Below, piece after piece: positions 1 to 8,530 of a stretch of DNA of 49,553 nucleotides. Under the pieces are notes generated by a model, which was not told the DNA's origin, did no database searches, and saw only the letters and a program-made list of their open reading frames with translations. The stretch is taken from positions 1 through 49,553 of the forward strand of contig JBKJZO010000019.1 in assembly GCA_046715235.1 (NCBI GenBank). Reading direction: 5' to 3'. Source of the DNA: Mycobacteriales bacterium (GTDB taxonomy: Bacteria; Actinomycetota; Actinomycetes; BP-191). The position numbers and the translations under genes were made by a program. Every line of letters starts with the position of its first letter. Within the stretch, counting starts at the first letter, position 1.

Positions 1-1
1 C

Positions 2-127
2 AACGGCGAAACCAACCTCGACCGGCTCGGACACGCCTGCCTACCCCACCACCACGACGTCCACGAAGGCCGCATGACCCTGCACCGCAACCCCGACGGC
101 ACCTGGGAAATCCGAAGACCGCCCTAG
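2..127 (+). CDS. 3' end of an HNH endonuclease gene (DUF222/13E12-like); the 5' part lies outside the window
   Basis: Frame 2 reads NGETNLDRLGHACLPHHHDVHEGRMTLHRNPDGTWEIRRPP and stops at TAG 125-127. The NL..C..HH...HEG...DG.W pattern is the C-terminal HNH signature common in actinobacterial DUF222 endonucleases. Confidence 0.5.
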   Translation, partial: NGETNLDRLGHACLPHHHDVHEGRMTLHRNPDGTWEIRRPP

Positions 128-131
128 TCGG

Positions 132-3100
132 CTAGACGATCTGGACCGACCTTGCCGCCACGTGTGGTGAGGCTGTCACGAGCTGATCGGCTGTCGTTGC
201 GTTGGTGCCGGGGGAGAGCAGCAGATCCGCAGCAGTGATCTGGTTGCTCGCGCTCATCACTACGGCGAGCAGCACGAAGGTCGAGCCCTGCGCTTCTGTG
301 GAGAGGTCGAGGTCGAACGTCACCACCCTCGGGAGGCGCGAATCGACTGGTGCAGCAGGGTTTTTCCAGAGTGAATCGCTCGCCTGCGTCCAGTTGTCCG
401 GCAGTACGCCGGGCGGCGCTGCAGCACCCGCTGCGGTGACGAGCGCCGGCCACACTGTGCCGAGCGGCACGAGGCCGTTCGCCGGCATAGCCTTGCGCAT
501 CAGCACAACGCGCACGTCGGCCGCCGGCTCCGGAGCACTCCAGCGCTGGTGCACCAGCACGTGCACCTTCACTGTTCGCTGGCTGAAGGCGGTGCTCGCG
601 ACCGTGCCGGGGTTGCCCGCGGAGGGCAGCGCGGCGAGCCCGGCTTCCGTCGTCGGGTGGGGCCCCGCGGTGGGTGTCGTGTCGATGACGATGTCGGGGC
701 TGGCGTCCCAGCGCGGCGGCTGCGGCTCGCCGTCGACCGGCGCGCCCGTGAGCGGAGTTGGCAGCCTTCGCCGCGTGTCGCTGTAGTACAGGCGCAGGTA
801 GGTCAGCGGCGCCGTCACGACGTTGGCCAGGTCGGTCTCCCAGACGCCGCGCGACTGCAGTGCCGCACGCAGCAACCGCACGTTGCCGGAGCGGTGGATC
901 GACAGGTCCTGCACCGCAGCCTCGGGCAGCCCGTTCATGAACTGCTCCCAGCCCCACGAGTACGTCGGCAGGCCGGCGCCGTCGACGCCGATTGCGAGGG
1001 TGCCGCGTACGACGCCGACGCTGGTCGCGACGTACACCCTGTTGCGGTCAGCTGGATCGACGACGACACCGAGCGCGGGCGCCGTGATCCGGCTCGTCCG
1101 CGGCGGGGCCGTGCCGGGAATGTTCGGCCAGATGCCGCGCGGGTTGGCCGTGCGCAGCCCGGTAGGCACCCAAGTGTCCGTGCCGTCGAAGAACCACAGC
1201 GTGTCCTGGCGAGCCCCCAGCCCTACGCCGAAGCCGGGTACGCCGACCGTGCTGACGTAGCAGGAGCCCAGTGGCCCGCGGTCGGGGTCGTGCACTGCGA
1301 CGTCGCTGACGTCGCCGGCCGCGTGCAGGAACTTCACCGGGTCGCCGTTGGTGAAGGCGGTCGTCTCGGCGCCGGCGAGCGGGGCTCTGAACAGTTGCGC
1401 CGACTCCTTGGTCCAGGTGTAGGCGCCGGTGCCGGCCACCGGCCGGGTGCCGGTGAGCCAGGCGATCCCGAGGGCGTGCAACACGAGGAGCCGCAGCCGG
1501 CTGTTGCCTCCGGCATCGGCAGGCACAGCGAACTTGACCGCGAGGATGCCCGAGCCGGACGCGCCGGTGCCGGCGTACGTCGAGCTGCACGAGTCGGTGG
1601 AGCCGACCGTGTCGCTGAAGCCGCCCGTGCCGGCAATCGGGTTGATCAGGTCCTGCGCGAGGTCAGGGGTGTCGGCGCCGCGCGGATCGGTGCCGGTCGG
1701 CAAGGTGACCCACGAGCGACCCCAGTCACGGGAGTACCAGACCCGATTGCTGCCGAAGGCAAGATGCGAGTAGCCGCCGTGCAGCACCGCGTCGGCGCCG
1801 CTGTAGAAGAGCGCCGCGTCGTTCTCGATTGTCTCGGACGTGCGCAGCGTCGACCCCTGCGCAACCCGCGCGTTGCGGCGCTTCACCGGATTAACACCGC
1901 CGCCGTCGCTCGTGTACCACGTGGCCTGGATGTACTGGCGGAAGTAGCGGTTGGCGTGGTTGGGGTCGTAGACGGTGCCGCCGCCGTCGCCGGCGAAACT
2001 CTGGCGCCACACGGTGTCGCCGGTGCGCACAGCCGTGCCGTTGTCCTGGAAGCCGGCCGCGACGATACCGGCGTTGGTGGGATGGCTCGCTACGTAGCCA
2101 GGCTCGAGGACGGCGAGTCCCTCGTTCTGCTGGCTGAACGTGCCAGAGTCGCCGTCGTCGTCCGAGCGGAACAGGCCGCCGTCACAGCCGACCCACATGG
2201 TCCGTTTCGTCAGCGAGACTGGCCCGGGCGGGCCGAGGCGCAATACGTGCACGTCAGCGTGGACGCCGTCGCCGATCAGGGTCGGGTTGACGTCGGTCGC
2301 GGTCGTCTCGCACCGATAGATCGCCGCGTTGTAGCCCCCTGCGGTCGATACGTACGAGCCGCCGATGTAGACCCGGCCGGCGACGGTTGGGTGCGTCGTG
2401 ACGCACATGTCGTAGCCGGACTGGTCATGCCCCGTGCCGAACAGGTCCAGCGGAGTTCCGGCGAGCTTGGTGGCCGCCGTCGGCAACGCCGCTATCGCCG
2501 CCGTCGCGTCGACCGACCACAGTTGGGCAGGCGGGTGAGCGCGGACATCGGTGCCTTTGAGACGGCGGCCGAGGACATAGACCTTCGTTCCGTCGGCGCT
2601 TGCGGCGAGAGTGAGCCGAGTGTTGGTCGTCACGGGCCACACGGCCGCCGGGTCGAGGTGTACGTCGGGCAGCGGCACCGACGTGAAGACCAGGCCGGCG
2701 GGGTTGATCGGAGTGGCGGCCGGTCCAGTGAACTCGGTCATCCATAGCGCGCTTGCCTCGACGACCCAGATGCGCACGGTGTTGGCGGCCGGCCTGGTGA
2801 GTACGACGTCGATGGGCACCGTGGCGACCGGCCACGGTGCGAATCGGGCCCACGTGCCGCCCGGCGGGCGGAAGTAGAACCCGTTGCTGGTGGCCGCGAA
2901 CAGCTGGTCCCTGTTGCCGGGATCGCCGACGATGCGGAACACGCTGCGCCGCCGCAACGACTCGACGTTGACGGACGTGTGCTCGCCCAGGACCACCGTC
3001 CATGCGCCGGCGTTGGCCGGACCGGTAGCGGTGAGGAACCCGATGCCCGCCGCGGGGCCTCCGGGGAGCTCGCGGGTACCGCCGGCGTTCATCTCACCGG

Positions 3101-3593
3101 TGCCGACCCACACCTCGTCCTGCGAGCCGTTCGCCGCTAGTCCCCAGATGACGTGTACGGCGCCGCAGGCCAGTGCGGTGGCGAACACGCCGATGTCGGT
3201 GCGGTCAGGTGTCTCCTGCCAGTCGTCGAGCGGGCGCCAGGAGGCGCCGCGGTCGCCTGAGAACCACACCCCGCCGGTGGCGCTCGCGGCGTAGACCCGC
3301 AGCCCGTCGGTCGGCTCGATCGCGATATCGCGGATGCGGCCGGCGACATTGGGGGTGCCCGTCGCCTGGCCGTTCGTCATCACGGACGGGCCGATCGGGA
3401 ACCACAGGTTCTGGTTGCCGACCGGCGCATTCTTCGGCGTGCCGCGGCGTCGACGGCGGCTCGACCTGGCCGTGGGCAGCGCGGCCGCGATCGACTCCGG
3501 GTCCATCTTCGGCCGGAACTGCTGCACGTGGCCGGCCCGCGCAGCCGGGTCGTCCTGGCTGTGCGGCGACCGGGGCCAGTCGTAGCGCGTCAT
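132..3593 (-). CDS. 1153-aa Asp-box/BNR beta-propeller-like protein; last gene (F) of the giant operon
   Basis: The long ORF runs 132-3713. I place the start at ATG 3593-3591, which overlaps the upstream stop as ATGA. Three Asp-box-like motifs are present: SGDRGASW (~3237-3260), SDDDGDSGTF (~2140-2190) and SRDWGRSW (~1706-1750). There is no hydrophobic signal peptide after the start. Alternative frames are Arg/Pro-rich noise. Confidence 0.8.
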   Translation of the reverse strand: MTRYDWPRSPHSQDDPAARAGHVQQFRPKMDPESIAAALPTARSSRRRRRGTPKNAPVGNQNLWFPIGPSVMTNGQATGTPNVAGRIRDIAIEPTDGLRVYAASATGGVWFSGDRGASWRPLDDWQETPDRTDIGVFATALACGAVHVIWGLAANGSQDEVWVGTGEMNAGGTRELPGGPAAGIGFLTATGPANAGAWTVVLGEHTSVNVESLRRRSVFRIVGDPGNRDQLFAATSNGFYFRPPGGTWARFAPWPVATVPIDVVLTRPAANTVRIWVVEASALWMTEFTGPAATPINPAGLVFTSVPLPDVHLDPAAVWPVTTNTRLTLAASADGTKVYVLGRRLKGTDVRAHPPAQLWSVDATAAIAALPTAATKLAGTPLDLFGTGHDQSGYDMCVTTHPTVAGRVYIGGSYVSTAGGYNAAIYRCETTATDVNPTLIGDGVHADVHVLRLGPPGPVSLTKRTMWVGCDGGLFRSDDDGDSGTFSQQNEGLAVLEPGYVASHPTNAGIVAAGFQDNGTAVRTGDTVWRQSFAGDGGGTVYDPNHANRYFRQYIQATWYTSDGGGVNPVKRRNARVAQGSTLRTSETIENDAALFYSGADAVLHGGYSHLAFGSNRVWYSRDWGRSWVTLPTGTDPRGADTPDLAQDLINPIAGTGGFSDTVGSTDSCSSTYAGTGASGSGILAVKFAVPADAGGNSRLRLLVLHALGIAWLTGTRPVAGTGAYTWTKESAQLFRAPLAGAETTAFTNGDPVKFLHAAGDVSDVAVHDPDRGPLGSCYVSTVGVPGFGVGLGARQDTLWFFDGTDTWVPTGLRTANPRGIWPNIPGTAPPRTSRITAPALGVVVDPADRNRVYVATSVGVVRGTLAIGVDGAGLPTYSWGWEQFMNGLPEAAVQDLSIHRSGNVRLLRAALQSRGVWETDLANVVTAPLTYLRLYYSDTRRRLPTPLTGAPVDGEPQPPRWDASPDIVIDTTPTAGPHPTTEAGLAALPSAGNPGTVASTAFSQRTVKVHVLVHQRWSAPEPAADVRVVLMRKAMPANGLVPLGTVWPALVTAAGAAAPPGVLPDNWTQASDSLWKNPAAPVDSRLPRVVTFDLDLSTEAQGSTFVLLAVVMSASNQITAADLLLSPGTNATTADQLVTASPHVAARSVQIV

Positions 3594-6500
3594 GGCGTTG
3601 CGCCTTCCGCCGGCTGATTGGGTGCGATCCTGATCCAGCCTTCCTGCACTTCCGGCGCCGTATCGGGCAGCAACGCCGACTGCGTCGCGGCCAGGATCGG
3701 GTCGTCCTTCCACGTCGTCGGTGTGTCGCGCCGGGTGAACAGCTGCTCGGCCGGGAACGACGCCACCTTGGGCAGCCGCACCTTGTCGGCGTCGATGAGC
3801 AACGGACCAACGCGTAGCGACGGGGCGAGGACGGTGAGTCCCGGCGCGACCCAGTCCCTTGACAGCGTTCGCGACGTGCGCGGCAGGATGCCCGACGTCA
3901 GGTGCACCTTGCCGCCCGGGTGCATGAGCAGCGTGAGCCGCACCGTCTGGCCGGGATGGATCCGTAGTACGCCGGACGCGTCGACGTACGGATGGTCGAT
4001 TGGCACCGGCTGGTCAGGGGGCTGACCTTCGGTCGCCAGCACGCCGCGGCACCGGCCGCTGGGCAGCGCCTGCGCCGCGATCACCCTGTCCACCAGGTGA
4101 AAATGCGTGTAGTCGTCTTCGACGAAGTAGCCGAGCAGGCCGTCGTCGGAGCGGGTGACCTCGCCGAGGCGCACCTCGAGGTTGAGCTGCGCGAGATCGG
4201 CGTACGCCGCCGCGCGGCCGGTGCGCAACGCCCCGTCGGCGTACACGAGTGTTTCGGTGTCTTCCTGTACGTCGAGCGCGAGTCGCGCCGCGACGACGGC
4301 GATCGGCCGGCCGACGAGACCGGCGATGTGTTCGCGCCCGAGCGAACCGAACGGGTCGACGGTCCACAGCGTGGTGTCGATGGCGCGCAGCATCGCCGAC
4401 AGCGCTGATTCCGGTTCCGTCCGGTCGGGGGTGCCCTGCCGCGACGTGGCGTCGGCTGCAACCAGACCCGCGGCGATCCAGCCGACCCGGTGGTTGCGGG
4501 TGTCGGTGTCCTCGGTCGGTCCCGCTCCCGGCGCGACGTCAGTGCGGCCAGGGGCGATCTCCCACGACACGGCGTCGCTGAACGGGTCGTGCAGCAGTTC
4601 ACCCAGCGGGCGGCCCTCTGCGGAGAAGACCTCGAGCGACTCGTCCATGTGGTCGGGCAGCAGGAATCCCGCGATCGGCGTCACTTGCGCCGCAGGGTCG
4701 CTCTGGTCGACGTTCGCCAACGCGGCGTCGGTCGACGTCGAGGTCGCGTCGACGAGGTCGAACCGCCAGCGCGACGCAGCCGTCAGGCGGGGCCGGATGC
4801 GCATCGCCGATGGCGGCGCGGCCGGATCGGTGTCGGCGACACGCGCACTGACGACGACGCGGTTCAACGGCAGGTCGAGCAACCGCCCGAAGGCGTCGAC
4901 GAGGCGGGCCGCGGTGAGGGTCAGCCGGCCAGCCCCGACCAGCCTGGGAAGTGCCAGGGCCAATGCGCGAGTGGTGCCGTCAGGCAGTGCGTCGGCGTCG
5001 CGCTCCACCAGTCCGCGGTCGTAACTCAGGCCGAGGAGTTGCTCGCGGATCCCGTCGATCGCGACGGACATCAGGTCGAGCCGCGAGAGCGAGTCGCGCA
5101 GGCCGGACAACGCGGCCTCCGTCGCCGGCTCTGCCAGCCCGTGCCCGCCGAGGTCACGCGCGCGTTCCTCGGTGAGCCAGCGGTTGATCCCGCCGGCCAG
5201 CGTGGCGGCCGCGCCGGTGACCAGTCCGCTGCGTCCTTGCAGCACCAGGGAATCCGGCATCGTCACCGGGGTGAGCGGGTCGTTGCCCGGGTCGAGGTCG
5301 ATGCTGCCGAGCTCCCAGCCGGTCAGGCCGCCCAGTTCGATCGTGACCTCCCAGTCGCAGAACATCGGCCGCCACGGCTGGCCCCACTGCGTCACGCCCT
5401 CGGGATGACTCCACACCCCGGCCGACAGCGAGCTGCGCGTGAGAGCTTCGGTCGCGCGCTGGCGGCTGGACGCCGAACTGACAGCGGCACCGGTGTAGGA
5501 GCTGAGCCGCTCGTTGTCGGCGGCGTAGTAGGCATACGACAGCGCCGCCTCGGCCCGGAACCGCGACACGATGAACTCCCCGCGGTTGCCGCCCTTGTCG
5601 GCCAGACGGGTGCGCCAGCGGGACAGGTTGGGGTCCTCTGCCAGCGACTCGCGCGCCAACCCGAGCACCTCGTCCGGTACGGCGGCGCTGCCGATCGTGC
5701 TCAGCAGCTCGGCGCCGGTGAGTAGGCCGGTGTGCCCCGGATCGACCTGGTCGGACAGCCGGCAGATCAGCTCGCCGGTCGCTTCCTCGCGCTCGACCGC
5801 GGTCAACGTGCGACCGCCGCCGACGACCGCGAGTACCGGCGCCCCTGGCTGGTGGAACCGCGGCGCCGGGCGCGCGACCTCGCGCACGGTCGCGCCCGCA
5901 GCCGGCGGTACGGCGCCCGGGCGGCTGTCGGTGTCCTGCGCGGATGGGGTCGTGGCTGCGCCGGTGAACGACATCGCCTGCATTGAGTAGGGCCGTTCGA
6001 CCGCGGACCAGAGGACGGTGGCCTCGATCGCCGCTACGTCGATTGGCACCTTGGTTGAGATCTTCTTGCCCGGGCGAAAACCTGAGCCCGGGTCGGTGCC
6101 CGCTGCCGGCTTGTCGACGAAGCGGTCGATTCCCTCGGTGCCACCAGGCAGCGTGCCGAAAGCGCGCGTGTGTTCGTAGGCGTCGATGTCGGCCCACGTG
6201 TCAGTCTGGCGAAGCCGCACCATCAGTCCGGCCGAGAACGCCGCGAGCAGCCGTTCGGCCGCCCGCCTCGCCTCCTCACTCGCCGTCCCAAGTCCGGTGC
6301 CCTCGACCGCCATAGTTGCGGCCACGTCGCTGGTGCTGGCGCCGAGGGCGCTGCGCAGCGCGCTTGCTGCCGGCCGGTTGTCGGGAATGGGTTCGCGTCG
6401 CAGCGGGATGCCGTGGATGCGTCCGTGCAGCAGCGTCGTCCGCGTCGGTGCCGGCGGCAGCGCTGCAGCCGCGACCACCTCCTTCATGAAGCCGCTGATT

Positions 6501-7465
6501 GCGGGCGAGATCATCTCGGCGGCCGATGCGACGCGACCGGCCGCGAATCCGCCGGTCGGTGCCTTGCCGGAGCGCAACGCGATGTCCTGCGAGTAGCGCG
6601 TCACCGACGTCATCCCGAACAGCTGGCTGATCTTGTGCCGGCCGTTGGCTTCGTTGCGCCGCGCGTCGGCGGGACTGGGGTGGTCGGGGTCGTTCCAGCC
6701 GAGTTGGTCGAGCCGCGCGCGGTAGCCGGAGTCGGTGCCGACGCCGTCGAGCGGGTCGTCGGCGCTGTCGGTCCACCAGCCGGCGACGACGTAGGAGATC
6801 GCATCGCCTTCGACCGCCGTACCGGCCAGGTCAGTGAGTGGATCGTGGAACGCGAGCCGGCCCAGCGCGGCGTCGTAACACTGCGCCCACCCCGGGCCGC
6901 CGACCTGCATCGTCAGCTGCTCGCGCGTGACCGCCGTACCCAACGTCTGGGTGTTGGTGGTCACGGCCGGGTAGTCGGGCAGCGGCGTGACGGTCGCGGC
7001 GGTGGCGTCGATCACCCAGCCGGTGACGATCGGGTCGCGCGCGCCTTCGATGACCGCGAGCCGCAGCACGACCCAGCGGTCGGGCAGCGCGGGCAGGTCG
7101 AGGCGGCGGCGGCTCTCGTCGCCTGGCGCGAGCGGGTTGTCGACGAGGGTGCCGTTGCCGAGGGCGGCCGGCGCCGACCACAGCAGGTGTACGCCGGGCG
7201 GGCGCGGGGTGCCGGGGTCGCGGACGTCGAGCGGCGGGATCGCCTCGGTGTCGCGGAACGGCAAGCGCACCATCGTCTCGCCGTCGTTGATGCCGGCCTG
7301 CACGACGAGGGCTTGTACGTCGACGGGCACCAGCAGCCGCGGCTCGCGGATCAGCCTGCGGTCGTAGTTGCGCAGGTCGGCCGACACGGCTTCGAGCGCG
7401 GTCAGCGCCGCCCACCGCGGCGTGCTGGCGGCCCGCAGGATGTGCTCGGGCGAGATTTCAGACAT
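3590..7465 (-). CDS. 1291-aa protein of unknown function; gene E of the giant operon
   Basis: Uninterrupted ORF with balanced, non-Arg-biased composition. ATG at 7465-7463 lies 9 nt after the gene D stop. Its own stop overlaps the gene F start (ATGA at 3590-3593). I recognised no catalytic motif, signal peptide or TM helix. Confidence 0.8.
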   Translation of the reverse strand: MSEISPEHILRAASTPRWAALTALEAVSADLRNYDRRLIREPRLLVPVDVQALVVQAGINDGETMVRLPFRDTEAIPPLDVRDPGTPRPPGVHLLWSAPAALGNGTLVDNPLAPGDESRRRLDLPALPDRWVVLRLAVIEGARDPIVTGWVIDATAATVTPLPDYPAVTTNTQTLGTAVTREQLTMQVGGPGWAQCYDAALGRLAFHDPLTDLAGTAVEGDAISYVVAGWWTDSADDPLDGVGTDSGYRARLDQLGWNDPDHPSPADARRNEANGRHKISQLFGMTSVTRYSQDIALRSGKAPTGGFAAGRVASAAEMISPAISGFMKEVVAAAALPPAPTRTTLLHGRIHGIPLRREPIPDNRPAASALRSALGASTSDVAATMAVEGTGLGTASEEARRAAERLLAAFSAGLMVRLRQTDTWADIDAYEHTRAFGTLPGGTEGIDRFVDKPAAGTDPGSGFRPGKKISTKVPIDVAAIEATVLWSAVERPYSMQAMSFTGAATTPSAQDTDSRPGAVPPAAGATVREVARPAPRFHQPGAPVLAVVGGGRTLTAVEREEATGELICRLSDQVDPGHTGLLTGAELLSTIGSAAVPDEVLGLARESLAEDPNLSRWRTRLADKGGNRGEFIVSRFRAEAALSYAYYAADNERLSSYTGAAVSSASSRQRATEALTRSSLSAGVWSHPEGVTQWGQPWRPMFCDWEVTIELGGLTGWELGSIDLDPGNDPLTPVTMPDSLVLQGRSGLVTGAAATLAGGINRWLTEERARDLGGHGLAEPATEAALSGLRDSLSRLDLMSVAIDGIREQLLGLSYDRGLVERDADALPDGTTRALALALPRLVGAGRLTLTAARLVDAFGRLLDLPLNRVVVSARVADTDPAAPPSAMRIRPRLTAASRWRFDLVDATSTSTDAALANVDQSDPAAQVTPIAGFLLPDHMDESLEVFSAEGRPLGELLHDPFSDAVSWEIAPGRTDVAPGAGPTEDTDTRNHRVGWIAAGLVAADATSRQGTPDRTEPESALSAMLRAIDTTLWTVDPFGSLGREHIAGLVGRPIAVVAARLALDVQEDTETLVYADGALRTGRAAAYADLAQLNLEVRLGEVTRSDDGLLGYFVEDDYTHFHLVDRVIAAQALPSGRCRGVLATEGQPPDQPVPIDHPYVDASGVLRIHPGQTVRLTLLMHPGGKVHLTSGILPRTSRTLSRDWVAPGLTVLAPSLRVGPLLIDADKVRLPKVASFPAEQLFTRRDTPTTWKDDPILAATQSALLPDTAPEVQEGWIRIAPNQPAEGATP

Positions 7466-7474
7466 CGGCCGGCC

Positions 7475-8530
7475 TCAGTTCTCGAACATGTTCTTGGCGA
7501 GCTCGAACCTGGTCGCGAGCGCAACCATGTTGATGGTCGGCACGAACGCGTCGGACCCGGGGGCGACTGTCGTGTCGCCGAACACCTGGCGCAGCGGGAA
7601 GTCGAGCATCTGGATCGCGAACTCGGCGGCGTCGATGGTCGCGCCCATGTTCGCCTGGGGTATCGCGAGCAGCGACTCGTTGAGCTTCTTCATGTTGATG
7701 ACGCCCGGCGAGCCGGCACGGAACGGCACGGGCACCGTGCGGTCCTTGCCGCCCGGGAGCTTCAGCGGGCCGTTGTTGGGCTTGGTCACGTCCCGGACCG
7801 TGAGCACGGCGCTCTGCTTGGTCGGGTCGGTGACGGCGTCGAGCCGGATGCCGAACTGGATGCCGCAGCGCGGCTCCTCCAGGTGCACCACCTGCGGCAC
7901 GCCGTCGAAGAGCACGAAGAGCACGGCCGGCGCGAGGCGCTCCATCCGCAGCAACCGCACCCGGTCGGGGCTGGTGTCCATCTCGGGGATCGTCCGGTTG
8001 TCGGGCAGGTTGTCCTTGGCGTACGCGCGGACGTGCAGACCCGGCCACCCCGAGACCAGGCGCGAGCGCAGGACGAAACCGGTGATCGGTCCACCTGCAC
8101 CGATCGGCCGGCCCGCCGCGTCGACGACCGGTGCGTCGGAGTCCTTCATCCGCACCAGGCGCTCGGCCTTGTCGACCTCGTCGCGGATGATCGCGTACAG
8201 CTCCTGCAGCTGGACCCGGTCCGCGGAGTTGACCGTCCCTACGCTGAGCGCGCCCTCGACGAGTGCGTCGGTCGCGTTGCGGTCGAGGTAGAAGAACCGG
8301 ATCGTCTCGGGGGGCGTGAGGTCGGCGTCGGCGACCAGATAGCTGAACGGCACGCCTTCGAGCAGGCGGAGCCGGGCGAGGAAACGCACGATCGGCGCCG
8401 GCACTACGCCGTCAGGGTCGATCTGCTCCTCGACGCCCCCGGGCTTCGGCTGTTGTGCGATCGCCGTCGTCAACGTCAGCTGAGCTTTGCTCAGCGCGGT
8501 CATGTACGACGCTGATGTGAGGTCGGGCAT
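7475..8530 (-). CDS. 351-aa protein of unknown function; gene D of the giant operon
   Basis: ORF whose ATG (8530-8528) shares one base with the gene C stop TGA (8532-8530), giving TGATG. Composition looks protein-like. No recognisable domain. Confidence 0.8.
   Translation of the reverse strand: MPDLTSASYMTALSKAQLTLTTAIAQQPKPGGVEEQIDPDGVVPAPIVRFLARLRLLEGVPFSYLVADADLTPPETIRFFYLDRNATDALVEGALSVGTVNSADRVQLQELYAIIRDEVDKAERLVRMKDSDAPVVDAAGRPIGAGGPITGFVLRSRLVSGWPGLHVRAYAKDNLPDNRTIPEMDTSPDRVRLLRMERLAPAVLFVLFDGVPQVVHLEEPRCGIQFGIRLDAVTDPTKQSAVLTVRDVTKPNNGPLKLPGGKDRTVPVPFRAGSPGVINMKKLNESLLAIPQANMGATIDAAEFAIQMLDFPLRQVFGDTTVAPGSDAFVPTINMVALATRFELAKNMFEN

Noticed and set aside
549-2747. Long antisense or alternative-frame ORFs throughout the high-GC regions (for example 549-2747 +, 6170-8515 +, 15984-17804 +, 17596-19779 -, 12192-13607 +, 34801-36246 -, 43864-45732 -)
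   Set aside because: All are dominated by Arg, Pro, Ala and Gly runs. Each lies opposite or out of frame with ORFs that have protein-like composition or clear family motifs. This is the standard high-GC stop-codon-depletion artefact.
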